This document shows positions 25,363 through 37,906 of a stretch of DNA of 64,000 nucleotides, piece by piece. Numbering within the stretch: position 1 is the stretch's first letter; each line of letters opens with the position of its first letter. The notes below the pieces were generated by a model. It had not been told where the DNA came from. It saw only the letters and a list, made by a program, of their open reading frames with translations, and ran no database searches. Location of the stretch: positions 629-64,628 of the forward strand of contig JADDQH010000004.1 of the NCBI GenBank assembly GCA_016781485.1, written 5' to 3'. The DNA comes from Chloroflexota bacterium (GTDB lineage Bacteria; Chloroflexota; Limnocylindria; Limnocylindrales; CSP1-4). The position numbers and the translations under genes are program-made.

Positions 25363-26607
25363 TCAGAGCGTGATCCCGCCGCCCATCGCGCCCCAGACGT
25401 CGATCACCGGGCGGTCGCCGACACCCAGCCGGGAGTAGGCGCGGTGCGGCGCGCCGAGGACGAGGAACTCGGCTTCGTCGAGGACGCGCTCCAGAGGGAC
25501 GAGGCGGTCATCGGCGACGTAGGGGTCGGTGCACAGCACCTTGGCGCCCTTCCACAGCAGCAACTTCCGCAGCTTGTACGACAGCGAGGCTCGCGGATCG
25601 TCCGACTCGGCCTTGAACGCCATCCCGAGGACGCCGACCGTGCGCCCCCGCAGGTCGCCCAACCGTCGCTCGATCCCCGCCACGATGAAGGCCGGAAGAC
25701 CCTCGTTGATCTGCATCGCCGACTGGCCGAGCGGGAAATGATCGCTCGTGAACGCCGCCAGCTGCATCGTGTCCTTCAGCAGGCAGGGCCCGGCGGCGAA
25801 CCCGGGCGCCGGGAGGTCCTTCGCGCGAGGGTAGTCCTGCCTGATCGCGCGAAGCACGTTCGTGTAGTCCAGGCCCGCCGCGTGCGCGATCATGAAGAAC
25901 TGGTTCGCGACTGCGAACTTCAGGTAGCGCCACGTGTTCGTCAGCAGCTTCGCCAGCTCGGCTTCCTGGCTGCTGACGCGGACCATGTCGATCCCCAGGT
26001 GCCGGAACAGGGCCTCCGCACGGTCTCCTGACGCCGCATCGTCGGCGCCGATGATCTGGGGAAGCGTTCGCAGCTCCTCGAGTGCGTGACCCTCGGCGAT
26101 CCGCTCGGGGCAAGCGACGACGTCTACGCGGCGGCCACGCTCGCGGAACCCTGCCCTCGTGTACTCGGTCGTTCCCGGATAGACGGTACTGCGGAGCACG
26201 ACGAGGGCTCCATCCCGAAGGTGGGGGGCGAGCTGGTCCACCATCCGCTCGAAGATCGTCATCGACGGGTTCATGAACTCATCGATGGGGGTGCCGATGA
26301 CGACGACGACGGTGTCGGCCCGGCACAGCATCTCCGGTGAGGACGACAGCTCGAGCCGCCCGGTAGGCAGCAGATCACGCAGCAGTCCTTCCGCGCCGGG
26401 CTCCAGGAACGGCATCTCGCCCTCGGCGATCCGATGCAGCGCCGGCTCGGAGATGTCGAAGATGCCGACGCGGAGCCCGACCTGCCCGAAGACGAGTGCC
26501 AGCGGCAGACCCACGTGCCCGCCGCCGCCGACGACGACCAGGTCGAGGTCGACGTCAGGCAACGCCGGTACGGCGTCGGCTCGGTTCGTGGGCTCTGCCA
26601 TGACCAT
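25363..26607 (-). CDS. Nucleotide-sugar 6-dehydrogenase (UDP-glucose/GDP-mannose dehydrogenase family)
   Basis: Motifs VVVGGGGHVGLPLALVF, GFAAGPCLLKD (catalytic Cys), LGMAFKAESDDPR. Start ATG 26607 with GGAGGG 5 nt upstream. Confidence 0.8.
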   Translation of the reverse strand: MVMAEPTNRADAVPALPDVDLDLVVVGGGGHVGLPLALVFGQVGLRVGIFDISEPALHRIAEGEMPFLEPGAEGLLRDLLPTGRLELSSSPEMLCRADTVVVVIGTPIDEFMNPSMTIFERMVDQLAPHLRDGALVVLRSTVYPGTTEYTRAGFRERGRRVDVVACPERIAEGHALEELRTLPQIIGADDAASGDRAEALFRHLGIDMVRVSSQEAELAKLLTNTWRYLKFAVANQFFMIAHAAGLDYTNVLRAIRQDYPRAKDLPAPGFAAGPCLLKDTMQLAAFTSDHFPLGQSAMQINEGLPAFIVAGIERRLGDLRGRTVGVLGMAFKAESDDPRASLSYKLRKLLLWKGAKVLCTDPYVADDRLVPLERVLDEAEFLVLGAPHRAYSRLGVGDRPVIDVWGAMGGGITL

Positions 26608-26739
26608 CCGGACCCTCCGCTTATCCTCTCCGCTGCGAGACGCGCACCTCTCGGCGCCCCCGTACGTCATGGACGCGGACCGCTAGAAGGCCGAGCAGGA
26701 AATTGTAAGCGAGCCTCGGAGACTCGGCGAAAGGACCTG

Positions 26740-27963
26740 ATGGAAACGAGCCAGCGAGGGGTTTCAGTGGCCAGGGCGCGGCCAGCGCTGCGAGCGGGCC
26801 GCGTGCTCCGGACGCCGGTGGTTCTGGACGTCGTGGTCCCCTTCATCGCGTCGCGCGTTGCGCTCACGATCGTGGGACTGCTCGCACTGCAACTCCTCTT
26901 CCCCTGGGGCACACTCGTCGCGCGCCCCGGAGGCCCCGACTGGATCAGCACCTGGGCTCGCTGGGACTCCGGGTACTACCTCGCGATCGCACGCGAAAGC
27001 TATCGATATACCGGCGACATCGGCTCGACCGTCGGCTTTTGGCCCCTGCTGCCGGGGCTCATGCGCGCCGGCGGCTGGATCCTCGGATGGACGGATAACC
27101 ACGGGCTCCTGCGGGTCGGCCTGATCGTCTCGAACGCCGCCCTGCTCGTCGGGCTCGTATATCTGCGAGCGCTCGTTCGGCTGGACTTCGGCCGCGCCAC
27201 CGCGGCGCGTGCCGTCCTGTACGCCCTCGCATTCCCGATGACGCTGTTCCTCTCCGCGGTCTACGCGGAGTCGCTGTTCCTCGCGCTGTCGGTCGCGGCC
27301 TTCTACCACGCCCGACGGAATCAGTGGTGGGTGGCGGGGGCGCTCGGTGGGCTGGCCGCGCTGGCGCGACCGCACGGAGTCCTCCTTGCGGCGCCGCTCG
27401 CCGTCGAGTACCTCCTACAGCGCAGATCCGAGCTGGCCGGCGCACGTGCTGACCCCCGGGTGCTCCTGCGAGCGTTCCGGCCCGACGTGCTCGCGTTGCT
27501 CCTGATCCCCGCGGGGCTAGCCGTCTACCTGGGCTACCTGTGGTTGGAGTTCGGCGACCCGCTGATCGGTTTCAAAGCACATCACTTCTGGGGTCAGCGG
27601 CTGACGCCACCGTGGACGACCTTCGAACGATTCTTCAGCGCGCCCGTCGGCGTCCGCGAGGGGTTCCAGAGACACTCGCTCATCGACCTCTGCTTCGCGC
27701 TGGTCTACATCGTGCTCGTGATCGCGTCGTGGCGGGTCGTTCGGCCGACCTACGCGATGTTCGCGACGATCGGCCTGGTGACGGCGCTCTCATCCGGGCT
27801 GCTCACGTCGATCCCCCGCTATGGCGTGACGCTCTTCCCGATCTTCATCGTCCTCGCGGTCGCAGGTCGCCGCCGGTGGTTCGACCGGGCGTTCCTCCTC
27901 GCCGCCGCACCGCTGGCCGGGTTCTTCATGGCGCTCTTCTCGTCGCGACACTGGGTCGCGTAG
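26740..27963 (+). CDS. PIG-V-like GT-C glycosyltransferase, paralog C
   Basis: N-terminus METSQRGVSVARARPALRAG...VVVPFIASRVALTIVGLLAL. Motifs WARWDSGYYLAIARESYRY, VGFWPLLP, FPMTLFLSAVYAESLFLAL, ALARPHG. Confidence 0.65.
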   Translation: METSQRGVSVARARPALRAGRVLRTPVVLDVVVPFIASRVALTIVGLLALQLLFPWGTLVARPGGPDWISTWARWDSGYYLAIARESYRYTGDIGSTVGFWPLLPGLMRAGGWILGWTDNHGLLRVGLIVSNAALLVGLVYLRALVRLDFGRATAARAVLYALAFPMTLFLSAVYAESLFLALSVAAFYHARRNQWWVAGALGGLAALARPHGVLLAAPLAVEYLLQRRSELAGARADPRVLLRAFRPDVLALLLIPAGLAVYLGYLWLEFGDPLIGFKAHHFWGQRLTPPWTTFERFFSAPVGVREGFQRHSLIDLCFALVYIVLVIASWRVVRPTYAMFATIGLVTALSSGLLTSIPRYGVTLFPIFIVLAVAGRRRWFDRAFLLAAAPLAGFFMALFSSRHWVA

Positions 27964-27966
27964 GAG

Positions 27967-29313
27967 ATGGACCCGTCTGCTGCGGATGAGGCGTCACCCG
28001 CCCGACCGCAGACCCTGCGCCGCCGGCTCATCCGCGGAGCGGCCGGCAGCTTCGGCCTCGCTGTCTCGTCCACGGGCGTGGGCCTGCTCACCGTGCTGCT
28101 GCTCGCCCGGCTACTGGGGACCGAAGGCTACGGGACCTATGCGTATGCGACGTCGCTCGTGACCGTCCTGAGCGTCCCGGCCGCACTCGGACTCGACGCG
28201 CTGCTCGTCCGTCTCTTCTCGACGTACGAGACGCAGAACGCCTGGGGTCTCGCGCGAGGGCTCCTCCGCTCCGCCTATCGCGCCGTCCTCGTCTCTTCCG
28301 TGATCCTCGCGGTCCTCACGGGGCTCTTGCTCTGGTGGGTGCTCGGCGACCGCGAGATGCTGCTGGCTTCCTGGATCGCACTGATGTCCCTGCCCTTCCT
28401 CGCGCTGTCGCGCCTGCGGTACGCCGCCCTGGTGGGCCTTCAGCACGTGGTGTTGGCGCAGGTCCCCGAGACCATCGTCCGGCCGGGCCTGTTCATCGCC
28501 CTCGTCGCCGCAACGTTCCTTCTCGCCGAGAACCTCCTGTCCGGGGTCTCGACCGTCGCGCTGAGCGTGATCTCGTTGGTATCCGCATTCGGCGCGGGGA
28601 CGCTACTCCTGGCATGGAAGCTTCCCCCTCCGCTCAGGTCTGCCACGCCCAGATACGAGACGAGCGCGTGGATCCGCGCCGCGCTTCCGCTGACGATCCT
28701 CGCGGGTGCCAACTTGATCAACATCAATCTACCGACGGTCGTCCTGGGCGCTGTCAGGGGCCCCGAGGAGGCGGGGCTCTATTCCCTGGCTGCGCGGACC
28801 GCGGCCCTCATCGCGTTCCCGCTCCTGGCCGTCAACGCGGCGCTCAGCCCTGCGGCAGCACGGCTGTGGGCACAGGACGAACGAGAGCGTCTGCAGCGAG
28901 TGGTGACGAAGAGCGCCCGGGCCATCCTGGCGCTCTCGCTCCCGCTCGCGCTGGCGTTCATCCTCTTCGGCGACTGGTTCCTCTCGTTCTTCGGCTCCGG
29001 GTTCGCGACCGCCGAGACCGCGCTCGCGATCCTGAGCGTCGGCCAGCTGGTCAACGCCGGGATGGGTTCTGTCGGCGTACTGCTCGTGATGACCGGCCAC
29101 CAGCGCCAGGCGGCCGTCGGCTTCGGCATCGCGACACTCGTCAACGTCGTCCTCGTCTCCACGCTCGTGCCGCCGCTGGGGCTCGTTGGTGGGGCGACGG
29201 CCGCGACGATCAGCCTCATCACCTCGAACGTCCTGCTCGCCAGGGCAGTCGGACGCGATCTGGGCCTCGCGACGACCGCCCTCGGCCGTCTCAGGTTCGC
29301 GTCACACCCGTAG
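27967..29313 (+). CDS. MOP-superfamily polysaccharide/oligosaccharide flippase (Wzx-like)
   Basis: 448-aa ORF with about 12-14 TM segments. Typical Wzx-like organisation, starting 3 nt after the GT-C stop. Confidence 0.65.
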   Translation: MDPSAADEASPARPQTLRRRLIRGAAGSFGLAVSSTGVGLLTVLLLARLLGTEGYGTYAYATSLVTVLSVPAALGLDALLVRLFSTYETQNAWGLARGLLRSAYRAVLVSSVILAVLTGLLLWWVLGDREMLLASWIALMSLPFLALSRLRYAALVGLQHVVLAQVPETIVRPGLFIALVAATFLLAENLLSGVSTVALSVISLVSAFGAGTLLLAWKLPPPLRSATPRYETSAWIRAALPLTILAGANLININLPTVVLGAVRGPEEAGLYSLAARTAALIAFPLLAVNAALSPAAARLWAQDERERLQRVVTKSARAILALSLPLALAFILFGDWFLSFFGSGFATAETALAILSVGQLVNAGMGSVGVLLVMTGHQRQAAVGFGIATLVNVVLVSTLVPPLGLVGGATAATISLITSNVLLARAVGRDLGLATTALGRLRFASHP

Positions 29314-29358
29314 TACGCCACGAAGCACCGGGACGAAGCGCTCCACGGTCGACTCCGA

Positions 29359-30597
29359 TCACTCCCTGATCCCGAACAGCCGCGAGCCGGGCCCCGGCTC
29401 GGGCTCCCCGCGGAGCCCACGCAGGATCACCTGGGAGATCCCGGACGTGTCGTAGTCGCTCCGGACGCGGTCGTACGCGGCCGCCGTGAGTGTCGAGGCG
29501 AACTCGGGATCCTCCCAGAGCCGGACGATGGAGTCGGCGAACTCGGCGTCCGTCTCGGCAACGAGGACCTCGCGGTCGGGGACGAAGGTGACCCCGGACA
29601 GACCCATGCGCGTCGTGATGATGGGCACGCGCGACGCCGCGGCCTCGAGAAGCTTCACGCGCATCCCCGTCCCGGACTCCATGGGCGCGACAAGGATCCC
29701 GGCATGGGCCAGCTCCTCCATCGCGTCCTCCACGTCTGGCCGCAGGATCGCGCCGGGCGTCTCCTCCACGGCGGCGCGGAGCGTCGGGAGCGGCTTGCGC
29801 CCGATGATCGAGACGGTGGCGTCGGGACGGCGCTGGCGCACAAGCGGCAGGATCCGCTTCATCAAGCGAAGAGCCGCGGTGATGTTCGGGTCGTAGTAGA
29901 GGATCCCCACGAAGCCGAACCGATCCGGAGCTCGCGGCAGCGCGTGGTATCGGCTGTACTTCCCGACGTCGATCGTGGTCGGGATGGCACGGGCCGGGAT
30001 CCCGTATCGCGTCGAGTACCGTTCGGCGTCCACCTCGTCCACCATCCACACCTCGTCGGCGTACCTGGCGACCTCCCGCTCGATCCGGTCGAGCACGAGC
30101 AGATCGAGGAGGGCGCGGCCCCTGCGTCCCCAATCGACCCCCGTCCTGACGCGCCGCCGTGCCCCCTCCACCCGCATCTCCCACAGGTCGACGATGAGCC
30201 GTGGGACCAGGGGGCGCGCGATCGGCAGGAACCCGTCGTAGAGCGGGTGGCCGAGGACCAGGACGTCTGGCTGGACTTCACGAAGGACCTCGACCAACGA
30301 CTCCATCGCGCCCCTGCGGGCGAGGTGCTCCTGGAAGACCATGCGGCCGCGCAGGGTTGCCGCGAGGCGCAGCGACAAGCGGCCGCGAAGCGTGCTCGGC
30401 CAGGGGGCGGGGAGCACGCGGGCGCCGTGCAGCGGCGTTTCGGAACCGGGCATGTTCCAGATCGGGAAGCAGACGAGGGTCAGCTCGCCTCCGGAGTCGG
30501 CGGCACGATACGTCGCGAGATCCCGAAGCGTCCCTCCCGAGGGGGCGTACCAAGGCAGGTCCGCCGTCGCGAACACGACCTTCCGACGACTCGACAC
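29359..30597 (-). CDS. Glycosyltransferase family 4/1 (GT-B)
   Basis: C-terminal GT-B motif LAHAGILVAPMESGTGMRVKLLEAAASRVPIITTRMG. Start taken at GTG 30597, downstream of the preceding gene's stop at 30626. Confidence 0.7.
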   Translation of the reverse strand: MSSRRKVVFATADLPWYAPSGGTLRDLATYRAADSGGELTLVCFPIWNMPGSETPLHGARVLPAPWPSTLRGRLSLRLAATLRGRMVFQEHLARRGAMESLVEVLREVQPDVLVLGHPLYDGFLPIARPLVPRLIVDLWEMRVEGARRRVRTGVDWGRRGRALLDLLVLDRIEREVARYADEVWMVDEVDAERYSTRYGIPARAIPTTIDVGKYSRYHALPRAPDRFGFVGILYYDPNITAALRLMKRILPLVRQRRPDATVSIIGRKPLPTLRAAVEETPGAILRPDVEDAMEELAHAGILVAPMESGTGMRVKLLEAAASRVPIITTRMGLSGVTFVPDREVLVAETDAEFADSIVRLWEDPEFASTLTAAAYDRVRSDYDTSGISQVILRGLRGEPEPGPGSRLFGIRE

Positions 30598-30625
30598 CGC
30601 TAGAGTGCGTTCCTCGGCTCGGGAA

Positions 30626-31651
30626 TCAGCGGCGACGACGGAAGTATCCGTAACGAACGAGGAGAGGCGAGGTCGCGACGGACACGAGCCAGCGGACCCG
30701 GCGCGGCAGTTTCTCCTTCCACTCGTCGTCGACCCGGAGCGGGACTTTTCCGCGCTCGAGGCGTCTCGGATTGCCGGCGATGGTGTGGTGGACGCCGAGT
30801 CGGGCGGCGCCGTCCTCCAAGAACGACAGTTCCCCTTCACCCGGACGCACGCCGACGAGGCGCACCGCCTCTCCCAGTTCGCGGCTCGGCTGCTCCACGA
30901 GCGACTCGTATCTCACGAGGACGCGCCGGACGCCAGTGGTCGGGATGAGGTCGAACAGCACGTTGAACAGCGCCCACCGGACCGTCGCCCCTGCAACGCT
31001 GTCCCGCGGCATCGGCATGACCCGCGCCCCAACGTCCGGGCGCTTGAAGGCCTTCGTCCAGCTGTAGACCACCGCCCGACTATCGCGGACCAGGTGGACC
31101 ACCCTCATCCGAAGGCCCGGGACCCGGGCGAGCACATACGCGTACAACGCGTCCTTGCTCGAGTCGACGACGACCGAGGCCCCCGAGACGGATCGGATGG
31201 CGCGATAGAGCGGGACCACGACCTCAGCGTGCCGGGCGAGCCGCGCATCGAACGACCGGGACAGACCCGGCACGAGCAGGAAAGGCAGGTACCGGATCCG
31301 GGCGACGCTTCGCTGGAGCGAGATCATCTCGCCCGGGTCGATCTTGTGCCAGCCACCGTAGGCCTCATCGCCGACTCGTGCCCAGAACGGGCACTCGAGG
31401 AACGCCGCTCCGCAGCCGCACGCAAGGTTCGCCTTCACCCCCCACAGCCAGATGAAGCGCACCTCGCCGACCCCGGCGAAGCCGGGTACGGCGCTGAGCA
31501 TCCGATCGAGGAGCGTGCTCCCGCTGCGTCCCCGGCCGCCCACGTAGACGACGTCCACCGGATGCTCGCTTCCGGCGTCGCCGGGCTGCAGGCGCCGCTC
31601 CTCGGCGAGCGGTCGATGGGGAGCGGTCACCACGGCGGGAGAGGGTAGCAC
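30626..31651 (-). CDS. PAPS-dependent sulfotransferase
   Basis: 5'-PSB loop VYVGGRGRSGSTLLDRML and 3'-PB element RVVHLVRDSRAVVYSW. 341 aa, soluble. Confidence 0.75.
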   Translation of the reverse strand: MLPSPAVVTAPHRPLAEERRLQPGDAGSEHPVDVVYVGGRGRSGSTLLDRMLSAVPGFAGVGEVRFIWLWGVKANLACGCGAAFLECPFWARVGDEAYGGWHKIDPGEMISLQRSVARIRYLPFLLVPGLSRSFDARLARHAEVVVPLYRAIRSVSGASVVVDSSKDALYAYVLARVPGLRMRVVHLVRDSRAVVYSWTKAFKRPDVGARVMPMPRDSVAGATVRWALFNVLFDLIPTTGVRRVLVRYESLVEQPSRELGEAVRLVGVRPGEGELSFLEDGAARLGVHHTIAGNPRRLERGKVPLRVDDEWKEKLPRRVRWLVSVATSPLLVRYGYFRRRR

Positions 31652-31663
31652 CGACGCCTGCAG

Positions 31664-33211
31664 CTATCCGCTTCCAGCGTCGACACGTTCGCGCGGAAGC
31701 GCGAAGCCGCCGGCGAAGCCGAGCATCGTCCCGAGGATCACCGCCTCGCTTGCGCTCAGGGGATTGAGGCCGAAGAACTGGACGAGCGACCAGACCGGGA
31801 TCCAGGCACCCAGTGCGAGGAGGACGACGGCAGTGGCGCCGGTCGGGCTGGCCAGCAGGGCTCGGACGACACGGAGCCACACTGCGGCAAGCAGGGACGC
31901 GAACAGGAGCGCCGCCGGGATCCCCCCGGCGAGCAGCGCCGTCAGCCAGGCGGAGTGGGGGTGCGTGAAGCGAGTGGCGCCCAACTCCGGTGGCAGGTCC
32001 TTCAAAGCCGTCTCGTAGGCGGTCATCCCCGTCCCCAAGAGGAGCGTTCGCGGAGACTCCGTCGCCATCTCGACGGCGACGCCCTGGAGCGCTAGTCGCA
32101 AGCGCGCGGCCCGCGCGGCGCTCGCTTCGACCGAATCATCCTCGGCGATATCGCCGCCGAGGAATGGGATCCCGCCCAACCTGCGCAGGCCGAGGTCGTC
32201 GACCCGGAAGGTCGTCGCGAGCACGAGGAAAAGCGTCGAGAGCACGAGGGCACCGGGAAGCAGGGCGCGACGATCCGGTCCGGAACGCAGCTGCCGGACC
32301 CGCACCGCGAGCTCAAGCACGACCGCGGCCACCACGACTGCGATGAGTCCCAGGAACGGCGAACGCGAGTAGGTCCAGTACTCGACGAGGATGGCGACGC
32401 ACAAGGCGACGAGGTAGGCCGCTGCGCGTTTCCGAGCGCCTTCGCGCCAGGCCCTGATGACGACCGCGGTCATCACCGCCGCCGCGAGCAAGGCGAAGAA
32501 CCCCAGGTAGAGCGGGTGTCCGAAGATCCCCGACGTTCGCAGCAGCCCCTCCTCGTCAAGGGGGTAATGCAGCGGCGCGTGCCTCATCACGCCGACGTTC
32601 TCTACGAACAGGGCCTGCTGTGGCCGGAAGAACGACCACAACGGGGCGAGGGGATCGACGGCCCCTGGTCGGTACGTCACGCGCTCGAGGAGCGCACCCG
32701 TGAACGCGACCACGAGAGCCACGGTGAAGAACGCGATGACCCACCGCGCCGCTCGGTCCGAGCCGAGACGGACGGACGCGAATGCGACGGCGATCGACAG
32801 GCCAGAGAACAGGAGATACGAGACAGCCCGCTTCAGGTCCAAGCCGGAGGAATGCGCCAGGGCCGCGACGACCAGCCAGCCGAGATAGCCCGCCAGGAGC
32901 AGCAGCCACGCTCGGTCCCCGCGCCTGACAAGCTTCCACGCCTGCCCAGCGATCAGCAGGAACCCGCCCACGAGTAGCGTCGGCTCCAGAGCCGTCACGT
33001 CGATCCACCGCGTGTCGAGCAGGACGCTGAAGGGGAAGGACCACGCCCAGACGAGCGTCACGAACGAGACCACGAGCAGCGCGCTCTGGACAGCGGAGTG
33101 TCGGCGGACGGACTCTCGGAGCCTGTACCGGATGGCGGGGGTCCCGGCATCGAGCGTGACGCTACGCACTGCTCTCCACGCCTGGCTCCGTCCGCGCTTC
33201 TCGCAGGTCAC
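31664..33211 (-). CDS. O-antigen ligase/polymerase-like (Wzy_C domain) membrane protein
   Basis: Polytopic. Motifs YWTYSRSPFLGLIAVVVA and FTHPHSAWLTALLAGGIPAALLF (equivalent of the H-x-H-N..L block). Confidence 0.6.
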   Translation of the reverse strand: MTCEKRGRSQAWRAVRSVTLDAGTPAIRYRLRESVRRHSAVQSALLVVSFVTLVWAWSFPFSVLLDTRWIDVTALEPTLLVGGFLLIAGQAWKLVRRGDRAWLLLLAGYLGWLVVAALAHSSGLDLKRAVSYLLFSGLSIAVAFASVRLGSDRAARWVIAFFTVALVVAFTGALLERVTYRPGAVDPLAPLWSFFRPQQALFVENVGVMRHAPLHYPLDEEGLLRTSGIFGHPLYLGFFALLAAAVMTAVVIRAWREGARKRAAAYLVALCVAILVEYWTYSRSPFLGLIAVVVAAVVLELAVRVRQLRSGPDRRALLPGALVLSTLFLVLATTFRVDDLGLRRLGGIPFLGGDIAEDDSVEASAARAARLRLALQGVAVEMATESPRTLLLGTGMTAYETALKDLPPELGATRFTHPHSAWLTALLAGGIPAALLFASLLAAVWLRVVRALLASPTGATAVVLLALGAWIPVWSLVQFFGLNPLSASEAVILGTMLGFAGGFALPRERVDAGSG

Positions 33212-33289
33212 GGTACTGTGGTTTCTCGAGGATGCTCCCCCTCGCCCGCGGACGCCCGGGCGCCGGCGAGGGCCCCAGGCCGACGACGG

Positions 33290-34639
33290 TCATGAGGGGT
33301 CGTCTGCCGGGGCGGCGGCGAGACGACGATCGCCGTCTTCGGCGGCGACGTCCGCGAGGATCCGGCCGCCGATGTACCAGAGCATGACGCCCACGATGCC
33401 GTAGAAGATGTCGGCAAAGAACGCGACCACGAGGAACAGGCTTATGCTCGCGAGGTGGACCGGTCCCTCTGGCCGGCGTCGCAGCACGGCGCGAAGGGCC
33501 ATCGCCCACAGCGCTCCAAGCGCGACGAGGATCAACCCGAGTCCGAGTGGACCGCTCTGGTAGAGGATCGCGAGGTAGCCGTTGTCCGACAGCCGGAATC
33601 GCCCTTCGGTCGTAAGGTTGCTCGCGATCCCCGCCTGGCCCAGTCCGTGCCCCAACGGCGCACCACGGCGCGAAGCCTGGGGCACGACTCGCTGGATCAG
33701 GCGGAAGCGGACTTGAGCGGAAGGGTCTTCCTCGGGGGTGCGCAGCGAGACCGCCCGGGTCACTACGGCGCGGACCGTCGGGTGGCCGTAGCCGGCGGTC
33801 GCGACAACGGCCGCGACGAGCGTCGCGGCGATGACACGGCGCAGAGCCACCCGACTTCGCGTCGCCCCGACGTACGCGACGATCGCCACGGCAAGGCCGA
33901 CCCAGACGCTCCGGACGTACGAGAGGGCAAGGGCGATCGATGCGAGCCCGGCCCCAAGCGTGCCGAGACTGCGCAGACGGGGGACGACGAGCATCACCGC
34001 GAGCGACACACCCATCACGGCAGCGAACGGGACAGGCGAGTTGAGGGTCGAGAACGCGCGGACCCGGCCGCGTTCGGGAGCGCGGAGGCCTTTGGTGCCC
34101 GTCGCCTCCACCCAGGTGTCGTCCCAAGGCAGGTATTCGTAGAAGTAGTACTGCACGATCGCATACGCGGCGAGGATCGGGGCGGCAACCAGGAGGACCC
34201 TGCCAAGGGTCCCCAGCGCCCCTTGCGGCCGCCTGACTACGTCCGCGTATCCGAGGACGGCCGCCAGGAGAGCGCCGCCGTACGTGAACAGTGCGAACAG
34301 CATCGCTCGCGGCTGCGCGAGCCCCGGGGGGACGCCGACCAGGAACGCAGCGGCAGCAGAACCCAGGACGACGAGGGCGACGGGCGCGAGCCGCAGGTGG
34401 CGCAACTCCATGAGCGCGACCAGGGCCGTGAGTGCATAGGGCGCCAGCGAGAGGACGTCGAACCGCGTGAAACCGAACGTGACGTCGAACAGGCGTCGTA
34501 TGAACGGCACGAGGAACCAACTGAGCCATACGAGAACGAGCGCGTGAGCACGGTTCCGGCGGTACAGCCAGAGGAGCAGCAGCACGGCCGCAGCCGTCAC
34601 CACGATCTGAGGGGCCTGCTTGACCAGGGACAACGTCAT
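33290..34639 (-). CDS. O-antigen ligase/polymerase-like membrane protein
   Basis: Polytopic. Motifs LSYVRSVWVGLAVAIVAYV and GHGLGQAG...LSDNGYLAILYQSGPLGLGLILV. Confidence 0.55.
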   Translation of the reverse strand: MTLSLVKQAPQIVVTAAAVLLLLWLYRRNRAHALVLVWLSWFLVPFIRRLFDVTFGFTRFDVLSLAPYALTALVALMELRHLRLAPVALVVLGSAAAAFLVGVPPGLAQPRAMLFALFTYGGALLAAVLGYADVVRRPQGALGTLGRVLLVAAPILAAYAIVQYYFYEYLPWDDTWVEATGTKGLRAPERGRVRAFSTLNSPVPFAAVMGVSLAVMLVVPRLRSLGTLGAGLASIALALSYVRSVWVGLAVAIVAYVGATRSRVALRRVIAATLVAAVVATAGYGHPTVRAVVTRAVSLRTPEEDPSAQVRFRLIQRVVPQASRRGAPLGHGLGQAGIASNLTTEGRFRLSDNGYLAILYQSGPLGLGLILVALGALWAMALRAVLRRRPEGPVHLASISLFLVVAFFADIFYGIVGVMLWYIGGRILADVAAEDGDRRLAAAPADDPS

Positions 34640-34704
34640 ATGAGTCGCGAAACGTCCACGGCGAAGATCAGCAGCGCCTCATCTGCGGAGGGGATGCTCC
34701 GGCG

Positions 34705-37902
<3,198 letters not shown>

Positions 37903-37906
<4 letters not shown>

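Noticed and set aside
26690-26745. Locally AT-richer patch (GAAATTGTAAGCGAGCCTCGGAGACTCGGCGAAAGGACCTGATGG) considered as a small RNA or riboswitch.
   Set aside because: It is only about 55 nt with no evident conserved structure. It sits where divergent promoters and the RBS for 26740 and 26607 are expected.
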